Assembly (NCBI GenBank): GCA_951406725.2
Contig: OX597814.1
Location: 99,448,001-99,512,000, forward strand
Reading direction: 5' to 3'
Length of the DNA: 64,000 bases
Source of the DNA: Octopus vulgaris
Taxonomy: Eukaryota
The notes beneath the pieces were generated by a model. That model had not been told where the DNA came from. It did no database searches and was given only the letters and a program-made list of their open reading frames with translations. Each line of letters opens with the position of its first letter. The stretch's first letter is position 1. The translations under genes and the position numbers were made by a program. Below, piece after piece: positions 54,545 through 64,000 of the stretch.

Positions 54545-54936
54545 TTCTTTCACGCCTTTAATTATTCCAGTCATTTGACTGTGGCCATACTGGAGTATGG
54601 TTTTAGCCGAATAACTCAATCTCAGGAATTATTCTTTGTAAGCCTAGTACTTATTTTATCGATCTCTTTTATTGCCGAATCGCTATATTACGGTGACTAT
54701 AAACACAGCAGCATCGGTTGTCAAACGATGGCGACAGGACAAACACAGACACAGACAGACAGAAAGACAGACTCACACACACAAACACGCATATACATAT
54801 ATAAGTACATACATACATATGTATATATGTGTGTGTGTGAGAGAAGAAACTAACCCATGGTGTCACGCCGTGGGACTGAACTCAGAACCATGTGGCGTGG
54901 AAGGAATCTTTTTACGGCACAGCCACTCCTGCACCT
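54545..54936 (-). mobile_element. SINE family A, internally deleted
   Basis: cagtcatttgactgtggccat...gtaagcctagtactta...cacagccactcctgcacct. Confidence 0.8.
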
Positions 54937-54979
54937 ATATGTATATATTTATTGATATATTGTGATCTGGGTCGAACGA

Positions 54980-55262
54980 CTGCCATTTCTAGCAGGTGTA
55001 TCAGTACTGAAGAAGGGTGAGACCCTGAAACCAGCTCGTCGACTAATCCTGCCACCGCTGGATGGAAGTTGTTCGTTCCCTTGTTTGCAATATATCGGAC
55101 ACAGATATTGTATCGTTGACTGGCTGGAGGAGGTGTCCAGAGGTTTAAAAGAGTAGTAACATTGTTTTATGCAGAACAACCACGTTGGGGTGGTAACAAC
55201 CATTATTTTCATTACAGTTACTACTTTGAGCTCTTAAAGCGATTTTAGAACTAGCAACTTTG

Positions 55263-55265
<3 letters not shown>
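54980..55265 (+). mobile_element. Family X HHR-bearing element, copy 3
   Basis: Reverse-complement similarity to 13320-13612; ends at (TA)n. Confidence 0.7.
55000..55047 (+). ncRNA. Type I hammerhead ribozyme motif with intact core
   Basis: aucagua-CUGAAGA-agggu[gag]acccu-GAAAC-cagcuc-GUC-gacuaau; stem I has two mismatches. Confidence 0.7.
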
Positions 55266-55311
<46 letters not shown>

Positions 55312-55404
55312 CTGTGTGTGTGTGTGTGTGTGTCTGTGTCTCTGTGTGTGTTTGTATATATATATGTATATATGTATATATAAATATATATATATAATAT
55401 AATG

Positions 55405-55479
<75 letters not shown>

Positions 55480-56241
55480 TTTAAAGGAATTCCAGCTCTG
55501 TTTTTTATGTTTTATTTATATTCTTCGTAATATTCATGTAGAATATAGAATATATAGTATAAATAGTATATATAGTAAAATGAAATGAAGTTTTGTCTTA
55601 TTGAATAGATGAAATATTGAATATCAAATATTAAGGGACTAGTATACTTTCTTGCATTTAAGCAGTCTTCAAGGTCCCATGTTGTGACAGGAAAGTTTCA
55701 ACAGAGATATATAGATAGATAGATAGTTAGATATACACATACACACACATATGTATGCATGTATGTATGTATGTATGTAAATGTCTATACAGTGTTTCAT
55801 ATTCTTATCAATATTGAGACTGCAATAAAATTTTTGCCAGATACCTTTCAATTGATTCCAGTATTTCTAAAAAGTTACTTGGAAACAACTTCTAAGCGCA
55901 TAAAATGACAGTCTTCTGGCACGATATATAAATTTTTCCATATAGTATAAGATTTGTGTACAGATAAATTTGTTTTCATACACTCACGCGCGCGCGCACA
56001 TACACACACATACACACGCAAACACATCCACACGCACATACACTACAGCCCCCCACGTACATATGTCAATAAGTTTGTGTGTATTTGCATATACATATGT
56101 GAGTGTGCTGTGTGTGTATGCATGCTTGCATATACGTATATGTGTGTGTGTACATACAGATATGTATATATTATTATTATACACTTATGTATATTTTTTA
56201 TATTACATATATATATTTATATAAATTATTTATATCATATA

Positions 56242-56328
<87 letters not shown>

Positions 56329-57649
56329 CCCATACACACGATCATATACATGTATTAGCTTCCGTGAGTTTGTCGATGTCTACATCTAAATCTGACAACA
56401 TATTGTCAAAAAACAAACTACAACCATTGGACAGTATATAGGTATATATGTACATCTTCATGCACACCATATTTCAGTTTTTCTAGCCTCTCATTCTTTT
56501 AATTGTCTGCTAAACACATCACTACGACGATGATTGCGTGCATAAGTTTTTGGTGGAGTTCTTGATAGTTTATGATTTTGTATTCAAAATCGTAGCAGAT
56601 GTAATAGCGATTGCTTGGCAACAGAAAAATTTAACGATTCGAAAGAAAACCATAGTTTTGTTTGTTTCTTTGTTTCTTTGCTTGTTTCTGTTTGAGAGGC
56701 TGAAAAATTAAATGGTGGTATGGCGTTGGTACTGGTAGAGCAGCCATATTGTATATAACATTATTTTTTTTTATTTAGTCGGGGTTTTATTGCTGTTGTT
56801 AAATTGTGAATTCTCAATCCCGACCGATTTCTTAATACGAAGAATTTATTATACATCATTTAGAATTCTCAAATAATATTAGGCAGCAATCATAATTTTT
56901 TTTCGGGTGTGTATGTTCATATACACACATAGACAATACATACTTACATACACATAATACTTATATAATACATTCATACATACATGCATACATACGGGCA
57001 GACAGGCAGACATACTCAAATACATACGTACATACGTATATACATACAGGCACACATATAAATATATTTTTATATGCATACATATATGCTCAAATACATA
57101 CATAGAAATATACATACAAAATACATACACATATACATTCACATATATTCATACATTGTTAGTTGCATATATACGTGCATACATACATACACACACACGT
57201 TTTTAAATATGCATAATATATTATATACATACATATATACATATACATACATAAGAGACCTCAATATTATGTAAATAGAGGAAATTTATCTATAAAATAA
57301 TATGTTACATTACTCGATAGTCAAGATAAAACTCTGAGTTTCAGATGCCGAAGTGGGAATCCAAATATATATATATTTGGCAGGGTGCGGAGACAAATTT
57401 GTGTCATTGTTCTATGTGATTGACCAAATGCCTTAGTATCTCTCGACGGGTAATAGCGGTCAGATCTCTTTCAAATATGTCTTTTAAAATATTAGGACAT
57501 ACACACACGCGTGAGAGAAATACAGACACAAACACACACACATACATGCATACATACATACATACATACATACATACATACATACATACATACAAACATG
57601 CATACATGCATGCATACATACAACATACATGCATGCATACATACATATA

Positions 57650-57812
57650 CGCAACAGGCCTCTTGTTAAGTTTCCATCTACCAAATCCACTCATAAGGTT
57701 TTGGTTGCCCCGAGTATATAGAAGACACACGCGCAAGATGCCACGCAGTGGGATTATACCCGGAACCATGTGGTTGGGAAGCAACCTCTTACCATACAGT
57801 CACGCCTGTGCC
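57650..57812 (-). mobile_element. SINE family A 5' half
   Basis: ctaccaaatccactca...gccacgcagtggga...accatgtggttgggaagcaa. Confidence 0.8.
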
Positions 57813-58127
57813 TATATATTAAGGATAGAATGCCGATGATATGGAGTACATACTGTCTATAAACAAAGATTGGATGATCGGTGGACATATGAGTTTTAAT
57901 TTCATGGCATTCTTCTCAGAAGCGTTGTATAAAAAATAACGACTAGAATAACGACAACACCAACAAACCTGAATGAGCGTTATTGAAAATATAAGAAAAT
58001 GGATAGGAGCACTTCAAAATTACCTAAGAGCAACATGATATAATGCTTTAGATTATCGATAAAGTGACGTCGATACGGATATCAGATATGAACCAACAGC
58101 TAAGAGATTCTACATATATTATAACCA

Positions 58128-58213
58128 ACTACTACTACTACTACTACTACTACTACCACTACCACCACCACCACCACCACTACCACTACCACCACCGCTG
58201 CTACTACTACTAT

Positions 58214-58247
<34 letters not shown>

Positions 58248-58326
58248 TCTGCTACTACTACTACCACCAACACCACTACCACCACCATCACTACTACTAC
58301 TACCACCACCACTACCACCACCATCG

Positions 58327-58371
<45 letters not shown>

Positions 58372-58451
58372 ACATAATCACCACCACTACCACCACTGCT
58401 GCTGCTACTACTCCTACTACTACTACCACCAGCACTACCATCACCACCACC

Positions 58452-58523
<72 letters not shown>

Positions 58524-58550
58524 GCTACTGCTGCTGCTGCTGCTACTGCC
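58128..58550. repeat. Compound (TAC)/(CAC)/(TGC) trinucleotide array
   Basis: Directly visible. Confidence 0.92.
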
Positions 58551-58954
58551 TGATGAACATGGAAATGCATTTCATATGTTCCCAGTGTCCAAATGTAAGT
58601 TACATCCATCTTGAAAGTAATCTTTATAGCTTTCAGTACTTTTATATCTTTCCATAATGGAGCTTCTTTCTTTGATTCGTTTTTATCAATTTATTGGGGA
58701 CTAGTTAACAAGGATTCATGGTTTAGCTGTCAAGTAATAACTTGTCGGGAAAGAAATTTCAAAAGGATCGCTCTTTTTGTGCGTATATTTATTCCGTAAA
58801 ATGTTGACATCAATAACATAGTTGCGAAGAAAACTCTTATTTCCAACTAACGCAGATACACGCCATGCGAACATACTTTGTGTCTCTCTATAGGACTCAC
58901 CATTTCGCCTCTCTCCCCCTCTCTATCTCACTCACTCATTCATCCACTCACACA

Positions 58955-59016
<62 letters not shown>

Positions 59017-59293
59017 TAGTCAAACACATTCACAGGTACACGAGCAAACTAATACACATTATACATATAATACAAGCGTGCACACACATACACACCACAC
59101 ACACACAGAGAAAGGTGTATATTTATGAAATGGCTACATATGCATATTTGTGTATGTATATATTCATGTATATACATTCACTTATTTATTCATATAACTA
59201 TACAAACGCACGCATACACATAAAAAAGAACACACGCATACATTTACACTATATATCGAATGTGTGTCTTTATGTGTATATATATATATACAT

Positions 59294-59345
<52 letters not shown>

Positions 59346-59674
59346 TTGGGGAAGCTGATCAAATGCAGTCAGAGCGTAGTGGCTCATAATATATTGGATA
59401 AAATATCCGTCCAATGGAAAGAAAATTGAAAAGAATCATCTAGAGGAATCGAAACAGGTGTCTGCAGATTGCTAGATAGGCGCGGTATCATTTGACCAAA
59501 CAAATACTATAGTGTGACTCTTTGTGTATTGGTATATAGGATGTTCGATTTCCGTAGCTAGACAGATAGGAAGAGGATTGCGAAAGAGAAGACAAATAGG
59601 GCATCAGAAAACAGTTAATGGTATCATTATTGGTTTTATATGCTTGAGTGTATCCACAAGTAGTTACTATATAT

Positions 59675-60152
59675 TTTATCTTTTAGTTGCTTCCGTCATT
59701 AGACTGCGGTCATGCTGGGACACCACCTTCAAGAATTTTTAGTCGAATGACTCGACGCTAGTACTTATATTTTTGTAAGCATGGTACATATTCTATCGCT
59801 CTCTCCTTGCCAACATCGGCTGTCAAGCTGTAGTGGGGACAAACACAAATATAAACACACACACACACACACACACGCGCGCACAAGCACACACACACAC
59901 ACATGCACACATACACACACGCACATGCACACACACACACGCACATGCACACACAGACACACATACACACACACGTATAAGTATACACGATGGGATTCTT
60001 TCAGTTTCTGTCTGTGAAATACACTCACAAGGCATTGGTCGGCCAGGGGCTACAGAAGAGGACACTTGTCCAAGGTGCCACGTAGTGGGAATGAACCCGG
60101 AACCATTTTGGTTGTGAAGCAAGCTACTTAGTACATAGTCATGCCTAAACCT
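59675..60152 (-). mobile_element. SINE family A, diverged
   Basis: Matches family A on both sides of a (CA)-rich internal tract. Confidence 0.8.
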
Positions 60153-60197
60153 ATACGATAAGCGCCGCCCCCTCGGCGGAGAACGTGTGTGTGTATT

Positions 60198-60640
60198 TAC
60201 AAGGGATGGGGGCTGAAAAATTCCTGTATGTAAAGGTTTCGCGAAATGCCTTGTTGCAGGGCTATCCTTCCGAGTTCTGTTATAGGGTTTAATAAAACTG
60301 AAGGACCACTGCAAAAAGTCTGTGAACATGAAGAGGGTAATATTGGGTTGTTCGGAAATTTCGTGCCGATTTATAGTAGCTTACCTTTCGACTTACCCTC
60401 TCAGGCACCTCAATTCTGGGAAGAGAGTATTTTCAAGTTGGAGACGCATTGTGCAACAAAATGGTTCATATTTGGTTGATTAAAAATGTAATGGCAAATA
60501 TTTATTGACCTTTTTTTTTTCCCTTTAAAAATCGGCACGAACTTTCCGGACAACCCAATATGTTGGATGAAATCAGTGTTAACTGATCTTCCTGTAAGTT
60601 CTTTTACCCAAAGCCAGGAACTTTTCAGCCTATTCTCGTA
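60198..60640 (+). mobile_element. Short mariner deletion derivative hosting a second mariner MITE
   Basis: TIR-like ends tacaagggatgggggctgaaaaattcc / ggaacttttcagcctattctcgta; remnant GLIKLKDHCKKSVNMKR resembles a transposase C-terminus. Confidence 0.65.
60341..60560. mobile_element. Tc1/mariner-type MITE
   Basis: 32-bp TIRs tattgggttgttcggaaatttcgtgccgattt / aaatcggcacgaactttccggacaacccaata, including the TA duplication. Confidence 0.88.
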
Positions 60641-60697
60641 CATACATAACAGGGATATATTTTCAAGTATGTGTACGTCTGGAGAGATAGAGAGAGA

Positions 60698-60777
<80 letters not shown>

Positions 60778-61867
60778 GTGAGTGAGTGAATATATTTCAT
60801 AAGCGTAAAAAAAAACAAGCAAAAGCAAATTATTTTGTTAAATGATTTTATGGCATAAAACTGACAGAATACTGTAAGATATGAGAGACCACATAATTCT
60901 GTTTGGAAATTAAATTTAAATTCGCTATGTTCGCTCTGCGTATATTGTTTAATATTTAAATTTATTACCATTTTATCATTTTATCTTCATTTCCATTATC
61001 CGTAGCTTGAAATATAACTTACTCTGCCGTCTTTCACTCATTCCTTTATATGTTTTGTTTGTCTTCTGAATATCCATTCTGTTTAACTAATTTAAAACAT
61101 TGTATGTTTGTACTACATAGTGAAAAAATGCCAGTGATTTATCTGTCTTTATGTTTGGTTCCACTCACCACAACTCACCCATTCTAACTATCTTGAATTC
61201 CTGAAACTTGTTTTAGAACCACGTATGGCAAAGTTGTTACTGATTCGAGATATTTGGCTAATAAGATTTGGTATGCCGCTACTGTAACCTTTGACCGTCT
61301 GGTAATATATTACATATACATACATTCCTGGGTACACAAATAGTATAAACATACAATCATACTCGTACGTACAGACATACACATATATGTGTATATTCAT
61401 ATATATATATATATATATATTGGGTACATATTTATATATTAGTACATGTATGTTTGTATATATACATAAATATATGATCTTATATACATACATATGTGTA
61501 TATGCATTCACATATGTGTATGTGTAAATCTATGTATATATTTCTATGTATGTATGGATAGATGTGTGTTTGCGTGCTCGTCTTTCTGCGTTTGTAGTCT
61601 TGTGTACGAACTAGTAAGCTGCAGATACATGTATACATATATACATAGTATACATACATGTATACATGAATTCAGCGTTTATTTTCACTCCAACACCGAA
61701 CCATGTTGATGTTTGTATGGTATAGGATGACAATAACAACTATGAACCAGTATTTTCGTTTTCTCTTTCATTCTTCCCTTTTCCCCCTCTCACCTACGCA
61801 CATATACAACTTACATTTAAACGCATCTTGTCTCCTGCGCTTACATACGTAGACACACGCACACACA

Positions 61868-61928
<61 letters not shown>

Positions 61929-61989
61929 GCACAAACGCACACACACACACACTGGCAATGTATTACTTAATTACAGGTGTTAGCCGCAT

Positions 61990-62215
61990 AGCAGTCAAAG
62001 CGGATCTTGGTCGGATTTGAAATCAGAAAATATTTTAAGGCGTTTTCTTCCTCCATTTGCAATTAATTAACATAATAGAAGAACCGACAGCTCCTTTCAT
62101 CCTTTCGAGGTCGATAAAAGTTAGTAGTTGAACATTGGGGTGGGTTGATGTAATGGATTTACCCACTCCACGGTTTTGCCGACCCTGTATAAAAATTTGA
62201 AAGCAATATATTAGC
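61990..62215 (+). mobile_element. SINE family B, diverged
   Basis: cctttcatcctttcgaggtcgataaaag...gttgatgtaatggattt...aaaatttgaaagcaat. Confidence 0.6.
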
Positions 62216-62779
62216 TTTGAATTAGGGACGGGAAAAAAGGTTCTCGAAGAAACTCTGAAGGGAGCTGGTTAGATTGATCTGGTCTGGAGGACTTCCAGTA
62301 CATAGACTATGGTTAATTTCAAGACATCCCTGCACTGACAGAACTGCAAGAGAGTATTGATTGCTCGAGACAAAGTGAGCCGATCGCAGCAAGTTAGATT
62401 TAACGAACTCCACCATATCTCCCACCATCATCGTTGTCCAGGACGCTCTGCAAATGTATCAGACTCAGGTCTCGTATGTGAAACATTATCCATGCTATTC
62501 GGAGGCTACTCTACTGTGAGTATTGTCACGAGTTAAGCTGAATCGGTTCTCTCCACCAGAAGCGAAAGATCATACGCTCCACTTTGATTATTTGCTTACT
62601 GGAACAAGGCACGACAAACACGTGGTAATACCGCAAGGCTATTTGGTCTTTAGTCATTTCGCTTCATCTGAGAAATTCTAACTACCCTTTTCTCGGCCTT
62701 TTTTCTTTGCCGGGTGGACTCTAGCACGTTACCTAGACCCTCTATCATGTAACAAGAGCATGTACTTGCTTCACTAAGA

Positions 62780-64000
62780 GTTAAGTCAAGAGCTACTGAC
62801 TTGTTGTGGGTAATATGTTGAAGGCGTTGGCAGTCCCTCTCGTAGCTGAAAAAGCCCGATTCTGGAGGCATGTGTTCGATTACATTGAGAGCAGAAAAGA
62901 GGGCTCCGACGAAGTTGAGCTCGTCTAGGATTTTGCTGACTTACCTTGAGCTGCCTCCGCTTGTTATCGCGAAGTATAGTCCGCTTATCCTCAAAATGCT
63001 GCGTACTAGTTTTGACCATAATACCCCTCCAGGTAGTACGGTCTGTGGCCAGTGTTTCAAGTTCAACAGGGGAAATGTTGCAGAGCTTCAGGGATTTCTT
63101 GAGATGATCTTCATATTGCTTCTTTGGACGACAAAAGAAACAATACCCTCTGCTAACTCCACCAAAACGACAATCTTGGGTATACGGTTTTCCCGCATCC
63201 TGATAACATTCCCACCCAGTGCAGTTGACGTTCGAGTATCAATTTCGATCGACTCCGGATCTCCGTATGTGCGATCTTGTCCTTCTAGGTCTCATGAAGA
63301 ATGCACTGGAGACAGAGGATATGAAAAGATTCGAGGAGATTGACATGACGACAATAAAGCATCCAGGTTTCTGAGGTATACAGAAGCTTAGAAACCACAA
63401 CAGCACGATAAACCTCGATTTTCGTGGAGAGATTCAGATCTCGATGAAGGAAGACCCTATCCTTTAGACGTCCAAAAGCGTAGGAGGCAAGGTGGATACG
63501 ATTCTGACCCCATTACTTGAAATGATGCTACACAAATAGGTGAATTTCTCGGTGATCGTCTTGGATCGAAAGAGTCACAGGGGGTGAACCATTTTTAGCA
63601 CGTTGAAGGATCTCTATTTTCTTGGTGTTGACCTGGAGTCCAGCCCGACGATAGGCGATTCACACAACGTCTAGGTTCTGCTGAAGGCTAGCTGGTTCGT
63701 GAGCGAGAGCTTCGCAGTTATCGGCATACTGTAATTCGAAGGGAGTAGTGGACTGAGTCATTGTTCGCGATTTTAGTCTCCTTATGTTGAAGAGACTGCC
63801 ATTGTAGCGATATCGAATTGGAATGCCATCTTCGGGGTTGAGGTCGTAGCGAGATAGTAAGGTCACAGCCACAAGGAACACATTGAAAAAGACAGGGGTC
63901 AGGACACAGCCTTGTTTAACTCCGACTTGAACGTTGAAGTAGTTAGACTGATCACCACCCAATGTCACACGTGCTTGCATGCCGTCATGGAACTGACATA
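62780..64000 (-). mobile_element. RTE-clade LINE 3' part (RT core to C-terminus), continuing beyond the window
   Basis: GVKQGCVLTP, LFNIRRLKS, ELQYADN, FTYLCSII, AFGRLKDRVF and C-terminal CSQCNRTHASRIGLF; frameshifted. Confidence 0.9.

Noticed and set aside
58064-58657. 197-aa His/Tyr-rich ORF resembling a structural or metal-binding protein
   Set aside because: Pure TAC/CAC repeat array with a GTG start and no codon variation.
62230-62600. Possible plus-strand decayed RTE RT fragment
   Set aside because: Only faint motif resemblance (LSRVKLNR); not enough to support a call.

Overview
Eukaryotic, AT-rich, very microsatellite-dense DNA. The SINE families look like those of Octopus (from recall, not a database search). 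There is no intact long protein-coding ORF; nearly all ORF-track entries are microsatellite translations. The window is a transposon graveyard: three tRNA-derived SINE families, R4/Dong, Tx1/L1 and RTE LINE remnants, Penelope-like elements (Neptune-like and Naiad-like), nested Helentron derivatives, two non-autonomous Helitrons, and mariner and hAT elements. The strongest hidden signal is a set of hammerhead-ribozyme (HHR) motifs in short Penelope-type terminal repeats, mostly next to (TA)n tracts. These include a near-perfect 342-bp palindrome carrying one intact HHR on each strand (54094-54435) and a ~300-nt HHR-bearing non-coding element present in three copies. A Naiad-like remnant has TGA at a CxxC cysteine followed by a SECIS-like hairpin. 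Several phase-compatible candidate small exons on the minus strand suggest, weakly, that the window is intronic to a large minus-strand gene. Boundaries of degenerate repeats are approximate.
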